From contig JAIESQ010000051.1 of the NCBI GenBank assembly GCA_019745975.1, positions 255-64,254 on the forward strand: a DNA stretch of 64,000 bases, written 5' to 3'. How positions within the stretch are numbered: the first letter of the stretch is position 1; every line of letters starts with the position of its first letter. A model generated the notes under the pieces. That model made no database searches. It saw only the letters and a program-made list of their open reading frames with translations, and was not told the origin of the DNA. Below, piece by piece: positions 29,480 to 39,303 of the stretch. The position numbers and the translations under genes were made by a program. This stretch comes from Pirellulales bacterium (lineage in GTDB: Bacteria > Planctomycetota > Planctomycetia > Pirellulales > JAEUIK01).

Positions 29480-30214
29480 ATGCCGGCTGATCTCAAAGCC
29501 ATCTACGAGCGGATGCATGCCCAGGACGCCAGCGCCTGGCAACCCCGCGTGCTCCAGCCCGACGCCTGGACGACGCATCGCTATGACGACGTCGCGCGCT
29601 TGCTCCGCGACGAGAAACGCCGCGAGGCGCTGTTGGAGATCGGTTGCGGGCAAGGGCAAATGCTGGCGGCGCTGGCGCCCCAATACGAGCGTTTGGCTGG
29701 GCTGGATCTCTCGAACAACGCGATCGCCATTGCCCGGGCGGTGCTAGCGGAGCGCTATCCGCAATGGGCAGGGAGAATCGAGCTGACGAGCGGGAGTGCC
29801 GACGAACGATTGCCGTGGCCCGACCGGTCGTTCGACGCCGTGATCGCTTGTGCCGTCGTGGAGCACACGATTGATTTGTTTGGCGTGCTCGATGAGATCG
29901 CGCGGGTCACGCGTCCTGGCGGCGTCGCCGTGATTACGGTGCCCAATCTGGCGTACCTCAAGCACACGATTGGGCTCTTGTTCGGCTATTTGCCGCGCAC
30001 TGGCACGCCGAATCGGGATATGCGCTACTGGCGCGAGCACGGCTGGGATGGCGGGCACCTGCACTATTTCACGCGGGGGGCGCTGGCGGCGCTGTTGGTG
30101 GAAACTGGCTTTGCGCCCGAAGCCTGGACCGGAGACGGTTGGTGGGCCCGCGCGCGGCGATGGGGGACTAATCTGGTGGGCAATCTCACGGTGCGCGCTC
30201 GACGATGTCCGTAG
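29480..30214 (+). CDS. Class I SAM-dependent methyltransferase
   Basis: Motif I is LLEIGCGQGQML. It is followed by FDAVIACAVVEHTIDL...VTRPGGVAVITVPN. Confidence 0.8.
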   Translation: MPADLKAIYERMHAQDASAWQPRVLQPDAWTTHRYDDVARLLRDEKRREALLEIGCGQGQMLAALAPQYERLAGLDLSNNAIAIARAVLAERYPQWAGRIELTSGSADERLPWPDRSFDAVIACAVVEHTIDLFGVLDEIARVTRPGGVAVITVPNLAYLKHTIGLLFGYLPRTGTPNRDMRYWREHGWDGGHLHYFTRGALAALLVETGFAPEAWTGDGWWARARRWGTNLVGNLTVRARRCP

Positions 30215-31229
30215 CCGGACCGACTTGGGCGAGCAACTCGGCGACCGCCGCCGGCGGCACCTCGGCGTCGCGCGGCAGCGAGCCCTCGATTGGCGCGGCG
30301 CCTGAATGGACGACGCGCTCGATAATGAAGGGAGGGCGCTTGCGCGTCGCCTCCAGGACACGCACGAGATACTCGCCGAGGATGCCGATCATCAGGAGCT
30401 GCACGCCCCCGACAACCAGGATGGCCACGATCACCGAAGCGTAGGCCTCGGGCAATTGGCCCCCCAGGAACAACTTCGAGAACACAATTGCCAAGGCATA
30501 GAGCACGCCGACGGTGCCCAAGGCGATCCCCAGCACCGAAGCGGCGCGCACGGGCATGTGCGAAAAGGAGACGAACGAGTCGATCAAGTAGGTCAGGCGC
30601 TTCGACCAGGTCCACATCGAGCGTCCGAAGCGGGGATCGCGCTCGCGGCGGTGGTAGTGGAGGACCGCGGGTTCGAAACCGGTCCAGAGCACCATACCCA
30701 GGCCGGCGCCCGGCTCGTTCGTATCCTTGAGGGCGTTGAGCACCTGGCGATCGAGCAGGCAGTAGTCGCACCCTTTGGCCGGCATGTTCGGCAGGGCGAA
30801 GTGTCGGAACAGCTTCCAGAACGCAGCGGAGAAGGCACTCGAGAGCCACGGGTCGCGACGCGACTCCCGCGCCGCTAATACGACACGATAGCCGGAGCGC
30901 CACTTTTCGAGCATCTGGTGAATGAGCTCCGGCGGGTCTTGTAAATCGGCCGAGATCGCCACCACGGCGTCGCCTCGCGCGAGGGTGATGCCGGCGGTCG
31001 ACGCGGCGTTGGAGCCGAAGTTCCGCGCGAGCTTAATGGCGTACACGCGTGAATCGCGGCGGACCAGCTCCTGCATGACCGCGAACGAACTGTCGCGCGA
31101 ACCATCATCGACCAAGATGAACTCGAACTCCTCCGGCTCGACCTCGGAGAGACGGTCGAGCTGGCGCAGAAGCTCAGGCAGGCTGCCGGAGTTGTGAAAG
31201 ACCGGCACCACGATCGAGACGAGCGGCAT
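30186..31229 (-). CDS. GT2 family glycosyltransferase (polyprenyl-phosphate sugar transferase-like, two C-terminal TM helices)
   Basis: Motifs are VSIVVPVFHNSGSL...FEFILVDDGSRDSS...AISADLQDPPE, followed by two hydrophobic helices. The 3' end overlaps the convergent methyltransferase gene by 29 nt. Confidence 0.9.
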   Translation of the reverse strand: MPLVSIVVPVFHNSGSLPELLRQLDRLSEVEPEEFEFILVDDGSRDSSFAVMQELVRRDSRVYAIKLARNFGSNAASTAGITLARGDAVVAISADLQDPPELIHQMLEKWRSGYRVVLAARESRRDPWLSSAFSAAFWKLFRHFALPNMPAKGCDYCLLDRQVLNALKDTNEPGAGLGMVLWTGFEPAVLHYHRRERDPRFGRSMWTWSKRLTYLIDSFVSFSHMPVRAASVLGIALGTVGVLYALAIVFSKLFLGGQLPEAYASVIVAILVVGGVQLLMIGILGEYLVRVLEATRKRPPFIIERVVHSGAAPIEGSLPRDAEVPPAAVAELLAQVGPATDIVERAP

Positions 31230-31380
31230 GACGTACCGAAATTGAGGACGAGAGCTACGTGCGACCAGGCCAAATGCGGCCTTCCCGGCGCCCGGAATTT
31301 CATTATCGCTTACGGCGCGTCAGGTTCCTACTCTTGCCCGCCGTCACGCTGTCGCACCGTCCGATCGGCCGGGGGGGTGC

Positions 31381-33786
31381 CTAGCTGTCGTCCTTGTTCT
31401 CTGGTCGATCCTGCTGATCGGCCGGACGCACCCAAGTCAAGCCGGCCGAGGTCTCCAGGTTCTTAAACCACTCGTCCTCAAACTTCTGCTGGTTTGAGGC
31501 GCCAGCCTGCAAGTAGGTTTCGAGCGTCGCGGCCATGAACCTGGTGCGGAGCAGATCGTCCGAGTACTGCTGGCCGGTCATCCGCACGACATAGGCAAAC
31601 GTCTCGGGGGCGTTCATCGTCGCGGTGACCTGACCCGGCTCCAGGGCGTAGACGGCGGCCATGAAGCGATCGCCCGGGGCGTCAATCCCCGGTAACTGGC
31701 TGATCTCGAGCGGGGCACCGCCAAATTGCATCGCCGGCACGGCCCCCTCGGTCAACCAGGTGAAATTCGCGACATCGACGACTTGCGCCGCGCGGTCCGC
31801 GAACACTTCCTTCAGATTCTTGTCGCTCTTACGCGCCTCGGCCGCGAGCGTTTCCGCCTGTTTGACGGCGAGCTTGCGGGCTTCGATCGTCTTGTAGGCG
31901 GTCAGCACGGCTTCGCGCGCCTCGGCAAACGACGGGGTCTGCTCCTTGATGTGTTCCGTTTTCCAGAACAGGTAGCGATTCCCATCGCCGTCGACCGAGC
32001 GCCGCGCGGTGTAGAGCAGCAAGTCCGTGAACGCGACGTCGACGAACGGCTCCTGTGAACGGTCGGACGGAACGAACGATTTTCCCAAGTCGGTCGTTTC
32101 GGCAGCGTCGTAACGGCTGAGCAGTTCGGTCTCATGGGCGGTGACGCCATGCTCCTTAGCCAATGCTGCCAGGTCGAGCGGCTGCGGCGGCTTCAGCGCG
32201 GGGTTCTTTTCGCGCTGGGTGGTGTAGTCGTCGAGTTCCCTGGCATAGTCTTCGATGATGTCGCGCAGCGGACCAAACGCTTCGTCGATCTGTTTATCGA
32301 CCCGCTGCGATGCCACCTGCCGACGGACTTCATCGTAAACGGCCGAGAGGGGGCGGTAGCGCGGCTCGTCGACCGATGCCGGCATGACGAAATCCTCCCA
32401 AGACTTGAATGTCAGCTCGTCTTCAGGAGCGGGTGCCGGCGCTTCGGCCGACGCGCTGGGAGTGGCATCCGCCGCGGCGTCGCCGGCTGGTTGCGCCGCG
32501 GAATCGCCTGGAGCCGTGGTTTCCGTTGGCGCGGAAGTGCCCTCGGCAGGGGTGGCGCTTGCGTCGGCCGGTTGAGTCGGCGGGTCATCGCCGCCGCTGC
32601 CGGGACCAGGTTCGCCCGGCGAGGGAGCGGGCGCCGCAGGCTCCGACGGCGTGGGCGCAGGAGTTGGAGGCGCGGGAGCGGCGTCCGTCGAGGCTGCCGG
32701 TGTTTCCGAGGAAGATGGCGCTTCGTTTGCGGAACCCTCGGGGGCCTGCGCCGGGCTCTCGGGCGCGGCCCCAGCGGCGGGTCCTTCGGCGGCGGGCGAC
32801 TCGGCGGCCGGCGCTTCGGGCGCGAGGGGCAAGCCGTCGGGACCGACACCACTTAGCGTTGAGGGAGTCGAAAGTCGATAGACCGCGTCGCGCTCTTGCT
32901 CGTACTTGTCGTAAATCTCGGCGGGCGCGACCTTCACCTTGTCGAGAAAGTCATCCAACCTGGCTTTGAAATATGCGAACTTGGCTTGCACGGGCCGGTG
33001 AAAGCCCGCCGTCGGCGAGCCCTGACGGGGATCATCGTGCTTGTGTTGCTCATAGAGCGCGAGCAACTGGTCTTCATCGGGCGTCGGCACTTGTGAAACG
33101 AACTGCTCGACAGCGATCGGAAGGGCCTCGATCGAGATGGCCCGATTCACGCGCTGAAAATACTCCCAGCGCTGCTCCGGCGAGATCCCGGAGTACTCGT
33201 TCAGTCCCAACATCAGGTTCTGGAATTGCACGGCCAGTTGCGCCGCCCGCAACTCGTCGAGCAATTGGCGCTGAGAGAAACCCAGGGCGGCGCCGAGCGA
33301 GGCCAGTTGATCGATCGACAACTGCTGCATCGTGACTGCCCTGAGGATGTCGACGATGGCGCGATCCGAAACGGACATGCCCAATGCCTGGGCGTTGTTC
33401 TTCAGCAGCATCGAGCGGACGACGTCTTCGTCGGTCGTTCCGGCCACCAAGCCCGACTGCGAAACCGCCATGTACATCCGCTGCATGGCGATCATGGCGC
33501 CCCGTTCGCCGAACTGACGCTGCTGCTGAGCAAATACCTGCCCTGCATTCGCGATGGCGCGTTGGAAGAACTCGTTAAGGCGCTTGCGCGTTTGCACCAT
33601 GGCGGCGAGTTCGCTTTGCCGCAAGTTTCCGAAGTTGGAGCGGACAACGATCGGGTCTTCGACTTTGTTGCGGCTGCCCCACTGCACGAGGGGATCGGCC
33701 ACGACAAAGATGAGCATGCAGAGGATGCCGAGCACGGCGAGCATGATCTTCTGGTAGCGGCGAAATAGGTTCATCGGGTTGGCCAT
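31381..33786 (-). CDS. PpiD/SurA-N-like periplasmic chaperone with a long Ala/Pro/Glu-rich insertion
   Basis: The N-terminus MANPMNLFRRYQKIMLAVLGILCMLIFVV (anchor helix) and the overall layout resemble PpiD. There is a ~150-aa low-complexity insertion (about 32400-32860). No clear PPIase catalytic motif was seen. Confidence 0.55.
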   Translation of the reverse strand: MANPMNLFRRYQKIMLAVLGILCMLIFVVADPLVQWGSRNKVEDPIVVRSNFGNLRQSELAAMVQTRKRLNEFFQRAIANAGQVFAQQQRQFGERGAMIAMQRMYMAVSQSGLVAGTTDEDVVRSMLLKNNAQALGMSVSDRAIVDILRAVTMQQLSIDQLASLGAALGFSQRQLLDELRAAQLAVQFQNLMLGLNEYSGISPEQRWEYFQRVNRAISIEALPIAVEQFVSQVPTPDEDQLLALYEQHKHDDPRQGSPTAGFHRPVQAKFAYFKARLDDFLDKVKVAPAEIYDKYEQERDAVYRLSTPSTLSGVGPDGLPLAPEAPAAESPAAEGPAAGAAPESPAQAPEGSANEAPSSSETPAASTDAAPAPPTPAPTPSEPAAPAPSPGEPGPGSGGDDPPTQPADASATPAEGTSAPTETTAPGDSAAQPAGDAAADATPSASAEAPAPAPEDELTFKSWEDFVMPASVDEPRYRPLSAVYDEVRRQVASQRVDKQIDEAFGPLRDIIEDYARELDDYTTQREKNPALKPPQPLDLAALAKEHGVTAHETELLSRYDAAETTDLGKSFVPSDRSQEPFVDVAFTDLLLYTARRSVDGDGNRYLFWKTEHIKEQTPSFAEAREAVLTAYKTIEARKLAVKQAETLAAEARKSDKNLKEVFADRAAQVVDVANFTWLTEGAVPAMQFGGAPLEISQLPGIDAPGDRFMAAVYALEPGQVTATMNAPETFAYVVRMTGQQYSDDLLRTRFMAATLETYLQAGASNQQKFEDEWFKNLETSAGLTWVRPADQQDRPENKDDS

Positions 33787-34291
33787 TGAGGGCTTGCCTC
33801 CCGGATAGCTTGAGAGCGACCGGCGAGAATCTCTTGACAGTCGCCGGGGGTGAAGATTACTGGGTGAAGGGGTTGTCTTGACCCAAGGTTATGATTCTAG
33901 GGAGGTTGTCACTTATTACAATCCCAGCCGTCGAGGGTGGTTGCTTCGCCTTTTTCCGCTGCCGGCAGTACGATTCACGGCTACTTTGCAACCATGCGAA
34001 TGCCAATCGCTGCTATGCTTGGCGGGCGTCTCAACCGCTGAAACCGGCCCACCCGGTAGGTTCGGCCGGCCGGATGGCCCGGTGCTAACGGTCGTGTGGC
34101 CGCCGCCGAGACGCCTCAAAGGCCGGGCAAGGGCCGGCTGATAATCTAGGGGCACTCGCGAAACACGGATTGTTATTCCAAGTACGACATCCCACATCCG
34201 CCAGTTCAACGGGACGGAACGAACCGAAGGGATCGATACGAACCCAAGCCTTAACCAACACCGCTGATCGGCAGCAACCTAGCGAAAATCA

Positions 34292-37045
34292 ATGACGAAA
34301 AAGGCGAACAAGTCGTCCCGCCCCAAGGGCAAGCCGCTGGTGATTGTCGAATCACCTGCCAAGGCCCGCACGATTGGCCAATTCCTGGGTCAGGATTACG
34401 TGATCGAAGCCAGCATTGGTCACGTGCGCGACCTGCCGGAAGGGGCCAAGCAGATTCCCGCCCAATATAAAAAGGAAGATTGGGCCTATCTGGGAGTGAA
34501 CGTCAACGACAATTTCGAGCCGGTGTATATCGTCTCGCCCGGCAAGAGCGAACAGGTTCGCAAGCTCAAGGGCTTGGTAAAAGAGGCCAGTGAGCTCTAC
34601 CTGGCGACGGACGAAGATCGCGAGGGGGAAGCAATCAGTTGGCACCTGCGCGAGCTGCTCAATCCGAAGATCCCGGTGCACCGGATGGTGTTTCACGAGA
34701 TCACCAAGGAGGCCATCGACGAGGCGATCGCCAATCCGCGCGACATCGACACGGCGCTGGTTAGGGCTCAAGAGACGCGCCGCATTGTCGATCGACTATA
34801 TGGCTACGAGGTGTCGCCGCTGCTGTGGCGCAAGGTGCGGCCGAAGCTTTCGGCCGGCCGCGTGCAAAGCGTCGCCGTGCGACTGATCGTCGAACGCGAG
34901 CGGCAACGGATGCAATTTGTGTCGGCGACCTATTGGGACCTGCTGGGTACCTTCGCCGCGGCGACCGGCGCGACAACTGGCGAGCCGTTCGAAGCCAAGC
35001 TCGTGTCGGTCGCGGGGTGTCGCGTCCCATCGGCCAAAGACTTCGATCCTGATACCGGCCGCCCAGTCGCTCCAGACATTTTGTTGCTCGACGAGTCGGC
35101 TGCCGTGGCATTAGCCGAGCGATTGCGGCGAACTCCGTTTCGCGTTAGCGCGGTCGAGGAAAAGCCATACACGTCGCGTCCGTATCCTCCGTTCACCACG
35201 AGCACCTTGCAGCAGGAGGCCAATCGCAAGCTGCGTTTCACGGCCCGCCGCACGATGCAAGTAGCCCAGAGCCTGTACGAGACGGGGCACATTACTTACA
35301 TGCGCACCGATTCGACGAACCTGGCGACGGTGGCCGTTGAAGCCGCCCGCGACCTCGTGGCGTCGCAGTATGGCCGTGAATACCTGCCCGACCAGAAGCG
35401 TACTTATCAAACAAAAGTCAAGAACGCCCAAGAGGCCCACGAAGCGATCCGACCGGCGGGCCATCCCTTCGCCATGCCCGAGTCGCTGCGCGGCGAGCTG
35501 AGCGAAGACGAATTCAAGCTCTACGACTTGATCTGGAAGCGCACCGTCGCCAGCCAGATGGCCGACGCGCGCGGACGGCGACTCACGCTCTCGATCGAAG
35601 CCGACGACGCGCTGTTCCAGGTCGGCGGCACGGCGATCGACTTCGCGGGCTACCTGCGGGCCTACGTCGAGGGTTCGGACGATCCGCAGGCCGAGCTGGC
35701 CGAGAAAGACACCGTGTTGCCGAGCGTGCGCGAAGGAGAGCCGCTCAACTGTCGCGATCTGGAGCCCAAGTCGCACGCCACGCAGCCTCCGGCGCGCTAT
35801 ACTGAAGCCACGCTCACGCGCACTCTCGAAGAGTTGGGCATCGGCCGGCCCAGCACGTACGCTGCGATCATCGATACGATCTTGGCGCGCGAGTACGTAG
35901 TCAAACGCGGCAATGCCTTGCAGCCCACCTGGGTGGCGTTCGCCACGTCGAAGCTGCTCGAGGCGCACCTTCCCGACCTGGTCGACTATCGCTTCACCGC
36001 GGCAATGGAAGACGATCTCGACTCCATCAGCCGCGGCGAGACCGAGCACATCGATTACCTGCGCGGGTTCTACTTCGGCAACGAACATGCAGGCCTGAAG
36101 AAACAGCTTGAACACAAGCAAGACGAGATCGACGCCCGCGAAGTCTGCCGGGTGCTGGTCGGCCATCCCGACGAAGTTGCCGGCCTCAGCGAGCCGGTAT
36201 TTGTGCGGGTAGGCAAATACGGCCCGTATCTCGAACATGGCTCGCGCAAGGCGAGCTTGCCCGACGAGCTTGCGCCCGATGAGCTCACGCTTGCCAAGGC
36301 GCTCGAGTTACTCGACCGCGCGGAGCAGGCGGAGCAGCCGCTAGGTTTTTGTCCGGAGACGGGCAAGCCGGTGTTCCTCAAGACCGGTCGCTATGGTCCG
36401 TATGTGCAACGTGGCTACGCGCAAGACGAAGAAAAACCGCAGAACGCTTCGTTGCTCAAAGGGATGACACCGGAGAACGTGGACCTGGCGACGGCGCTGA
36501 GGCTGTTGACGCTGCCGCGCACGCTGGGGACGCACGGCGAATCGGGGGAACCGATCGTGGTCTCCAACGGACGGTTTGGCCCCTACGTCAAGTGCGGCAA
36601 CGAGACGCGGTCGCTGCCTGCCGATCTCTCACCGCTGGACATCACGCTGGAACAGGCGCTGGCACTGTTGGCGCAGCCCAAGGCACAGCGGGGGCGATTC
36701 GGCGCGGCCCGCACGCCGCTGAAGACGTTTGAGGCCTCGCCAGTGACCGGTCAGCCCGTGCAGCTCTTTTCCGGCCGATACGGTTTGTATGTGACCGATG
36801 GCGCGACGAACGCCTCGCTGCCGCGCGAGTTGCCGGCCGAAGAATTGACCAACGTGCGCGCGCTCGAACTGTTGGCAGCACGAGCGGCAGCGGGACCGTC
36901 GACCAAGCGTGGCCGCCGTGGCGCGGCGCGTGGCGTCGCCAAGAAGGCAGCGGTCAAGAAAACGCCAACGAAGACAGCCGTTTCCGCGGCAAGCAAACCG
37001 CGCAAGCCAGCCCAGCGACGCACCGCGGCAGCCCAGCAACAGTAG
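34292..37045 (+). CDS. topA: DNA topoisomerase I
   Basis: The Toprim domain reads LVIVESPAKARTIGQFLG...GHVRDLP...LYLATDEDREGEAISWH. The catalytic Tyr region is SLYETGHITYMRTDS. C-terminal repeats follow the pattern GRYGPYV. / GRFGPYVK. Confidence 0.97.
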   Translation: MTKKANKSSRPKGKPLVIVESPAKARTIGQFLGQDYVIEASIGHVRDLPEGAKQIPAQYKKEDWAYLGVNVNDNFEPVYIVSPGKSEQVRKLKGLVKEASELYLATDEDREGEAISWHLRELLNPKIPVHRMVFHEITKEAIDEAIANPRDIDTALVRAQETRRIVDRLYGYEVSPLLWRKVRPKLSAGRVQSVAVRLIVERERQRMQFVSATYWDLLGTFAAATGATTGEPFEAKLVSVAGCRVPSAKDFDPDTGRPVAPDILLLDESAAVALAERLRRTPFRVSAVEEKPYTSRPYPPFTTSTLQQEANRKLRFTARRTMQVAQSLYETGHITYMRTDSTNLATVAVEAARDLVASQYGREYLPDQKRTYQTKVKNAQEAHEAIRPAGHPFAMPESLRGELSEDEFKLYDLIWKRTVASQMADARGRRLTLSIEADDALFQVGGTAIDFAGYLRAYVEGSDDPQAELAEKDTVLPSVREGEPLNCRDLEPKSHATQPPARYTEATLTRTLEELGIGRPSTYAAIIDTILAREYVVKRGNALQPTWVAFATSKLLEAHLPDLVDYRFTAAMEDDLDSISRGETEHIDYLRGFYFGNEHAGLKKQLEHKQDEIDAREVCRVLVGHPDEVAGLSEPVFVRVGKYGPYLEHGSRKASLPDELAPDELTLAKALELLDRAEQAEQPLGFCPETGKPVFLKTGRYGPYVQRGYAQDEEKPQNASLLKGMTPENVDLATALRLLTLPRTLGTHGESGEPIVVSNGRFGPYVKCGNETRSLPADLSPLDITLEQALALLAQPKAQRGRFGAARTPLKTFEASPVTGQPVQLFSGRYGLYVTDGATNASLPRELPAEELTNVRALELLAARAAAGPSTKRGRRGAARGVAKKAAVKKTPTKTAVSAASKPRKPAQRRTAAAQQQ

Positions 37046-37222
37046 GACTGCGTTGCTGTAGGCCGCAAAGTCCGTTGTTGTCCGCCTCTTGGCCAATTCC
37101 CGCCCGCCAATCGCGCCGTTCCGCCGCGCTTGGGCTCTGCCGAGCGCGACGATAAACTAACGGTCGGGTTGCAGCCCGCGATGTGTGTGGCTCCCAGCGA
37201 TCAAGCGATTCCGTGGTGCACG

Positions 37223-38563
37223 ATGCTCTCGATCTACGGACCGGCGAACCGCTTCTGCGATGGATTGTCGCGGCGCCGATTTCTCACGCTGGGCGGTTTG
37301 GCGCTAGGGGGATTGAGTCTTCCCGAAGTCCTGCGGGCCGAAGCAGCGTCGGGCTCATCCGCCCTGACTCGCGGCGCGCATAAGTCGACGATCATGGTGT
37401 ATCTGTCAGGTGGATTGGCGCACCAAGATTCGTTCGATCTCAAGCCCAATGCTCCGGCCGAGGTGCGGGGCGAGTTTCGGCCAATCTCGACCAGCGTGCC
37501 GGGCATCGAAGTTTGCGAATTGCTGCCGCGACTGGCCCAGCGAATGGAGCGGCTGGCGGTGATCCGGTCGATCGTCGGGCTGCGCGACGAGCACACCAGC
37601 TTTCAGAACTTGACCGGCTACCCGATGGACCTGAGCCTGCGTGACGGGAAGCCAAACTTTGGCTCGGTGATCGCGCGCGTGCAGGGAGCGGCCGACGAGA
37701 TCATGCCGCCGTTCGTCGATCTGTTCCCGACGATGCAGCATCGACCTTACAACAGCGCCCGCGCGGGTCTGTTGGGCCGCACCTACGATGGGGTCAAAGC
37801 CGACGGCGACGATCTTTCGAACATGACGCTGCGTGGCATTTCGCTCGACCGACTCGGAGACCGCCGGCAACTGCTCGGCAGCTTTAATGCGTTTCGACGG
37901 CAAGTCGAGGCCCAGGAGCTGACGGGAGTCGATGCGTCGTATCGACGGGCGTTCGACGTGCTCACTTCGCGGCGGCTGCTCGACGCCTTCAATCTCGATC
38001 GCGAAGATCCGCGGCTGCGCGATCGCTATGGTCGCGGGTCGTCGGCGCATCAGGGAGACGGCGCGCCGCTGTGGAACGATCAGTTGTTGCTTGCCCGCCG
38101 GCTCGTTGAGGCTGGCGTGCGGTGCGTGACCGTGGCGTACGGCTTTTGGGACACGCACGGCAACAATTTCAATCATCTGCGCGGCAACTTGCCGGTCTTC
38201 GATCAGGGGATCGCCGCGCTCGTCGATGATCTGCACGAACACGGTCTTGACCGCGACACGACCGTCGTGGTGTGGGGGGAATTCGGCCGCACGCCCAAGA
38301 TCAACAAGGATGCGGGCCGCGACCATTGGCCGCGCGTGAGCGGGGCTCTGCTGTTCGGCGGCGGGTTACGCACCGGGCAGGTGATCGGCTCGACCGACAA
38401 ACTCGCCGGCGCCGCAGTCGAGCGACCGGTGCACTACCAGGACGTGCTGGCCACGATCTACCAGCGCATGGGCATCGATCACCATCTCACGCTACCCGAC
38501 CGGGCCGATCGGCCGACTCCGCTCTTGCCGGATACCGCGCAGCCCATCGCGGAGTTGGTTTAA
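37223..38563 (+). CDS. DUF1501 (sulfatase-fold) protein with a Tat-type signal
   Basis: The twin-arginine signal is SRRRFLTLGGLALGG. WDTHGNNF...VVVWGEFGRTPKIN...GRDHW is typical of planctomycete DUF1501 proteins. Confidence 0.85.
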   Translation: MLSIYGPANRFCDGLSRRRFLTLGGLALGGLSLPEVLRAEAASGSSALTRGAHKSTIMVYLSGGLAHQDSFDLKPNAPAEVRGEFRPISTSVPGIEVCELLPRLAQRMERLAVIRSIVGLRDEHTSFQNLTGYPMDLSLRDGKPNFGSVIARVQGAADEIMPPFVDLFPTMQHRPYNSARAGLLGRTYDGVKADGDDLSNMTLRGISLDRLGDRRQLLGSFNAFRRQVEAQELTGVDASYRRAFDVLTSRRLLDAFNLDREDPRLRDRYGRGSSAHQGDGAPLWNDQLLLARRLVEAGVRCVTVAYGFWDTHGNNFNHLRGNLPVFDQGIAALVDDLHEHGLDRDTTVVVWGEFGRTPKINKDAGRDHWPRVSGALLFGGGLRTGQVIGSTDKLAGAAVERPVHYQDVLATIYQRMGIDHHLTLPDRADRPTPLLPDTAQPIAELV

Positions 38564-38590
38564 GGCGCGATGCTCTTCTGGTATCTACCG

Positions 38591-39295
38591 CTATCGACAG
38601 AGCGGGCAAGCGCTGGCGGTGCCGGGTGCACTGCTGGCGTTTAGGGCGGCGGCTCCGCGCGTGAGCGAAATCAGGCCCGTCACCACCACGCAGATCGCCG
38701 CCACGCGCAGCACCTTCTGTCGAGAAGCAAGCGATAGGAGTGAACCACCGCTGCCGGCGAGCACCATGAGCGGCACCGTTCCCGCGCCGAAGCAGGCCAT
38801 GGTGAGCCACCCTTGCCACAAGCCCCCCGCGGCGGTCGCCAAGGCAAGATAAGCGTAGACCAGCCCGCAGGGGAGGAACCCGGTGAAAACCCCCGCCAGA
38901 AAAGCGGCGCTGGCCCCGCGGCTTCGCAACAGGCTGCCGAGGCCTCCGGTGAAGGGGCAACCATCGCTGGTGCTGGCCGTTCGCCATCGTTGCAAGTAGC
39001 CGGCCGCATGAAGTCCTTCGATGACGAGCAGCGCTCCGGCGATGATCGAAAGTACGGCTTGCATATTGATGAGCGGCAGCGCAACGCCTGTCAGCCGAAC
39101 TCCTCCATAGCCGACTGCCGCGCCGATAACGGCATAAGTCGAGATGCGCCCGGCACTGTAGAGGAGCTGTCGGCCCACATTGGCGCCGAGGTTGCGCGTC
39201 CCGGCGCCTAGCAAGACCGCGAAGCCGCCGCACATGCCGACGCAATGCGCCGAACCGAGCAGACCGCCGACAAGGACAAGGGGAAGCTCGAGCAT
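38591..39295 (-). CDS. DsbD_2 / TauE-SafE-like multi-pass membrane protein associated with cbb3 maturation loci
   Basis: The N-terminus is MLELPLVLVGGLLGSAHCVGMCGGF. There is a second motif FLPCGLVY and about six hydrophobic helices. It lies 8 nt downstream of ccoI. Confidence 0.65.
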   Translation of the reverse strand: MLELPLVLVGGLLGSAHCVGMCGGFAVLLGAGTRNLGANVGRQLLYSAGRISTYAVIGAAVGYGGVRLTGVALPLINMQAVLSIIAGALLVIEGLHAAGYLQRWRTASTSDGCPFTGGLGSLLRSRGASAAFLAGVFTGFLPCGLVYAYLALATAAGGLWQGWLTMACFGAGTVPLMVLAGSGGSLLSLASRQKVLRVAAICVVVTGLISLTRGAAALNASSAPGTASACPLCR

Positions 39296-39303
39296 TGAGG
39301 GAC

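Noticed and set aside
30186-30214. A 29-nt overlap of the convergent methyltransferase and GT2 genes.
   Set aside because: Short 3'-3' overlaps are common in compact GC-rich genomes. There is no evidence of functional significance.
33787-34291. The 505-bp divergent spacer upstream of topA was considered as a possible ncRNA or promoter region (TTGACA at 33834-33839).
   Set aside because: No matching -10 hexamer at proper spacing could be found. I saw no conserved SRP, tmRNA, 6S or RNase P motifs. The local hairpins are short. The region is left unannotated rather than called.
35111-36238. A 375-aa ORF on the minus strand.
   Set aside because: It lies inside and antisense to topA, whose identity is unambiguous.
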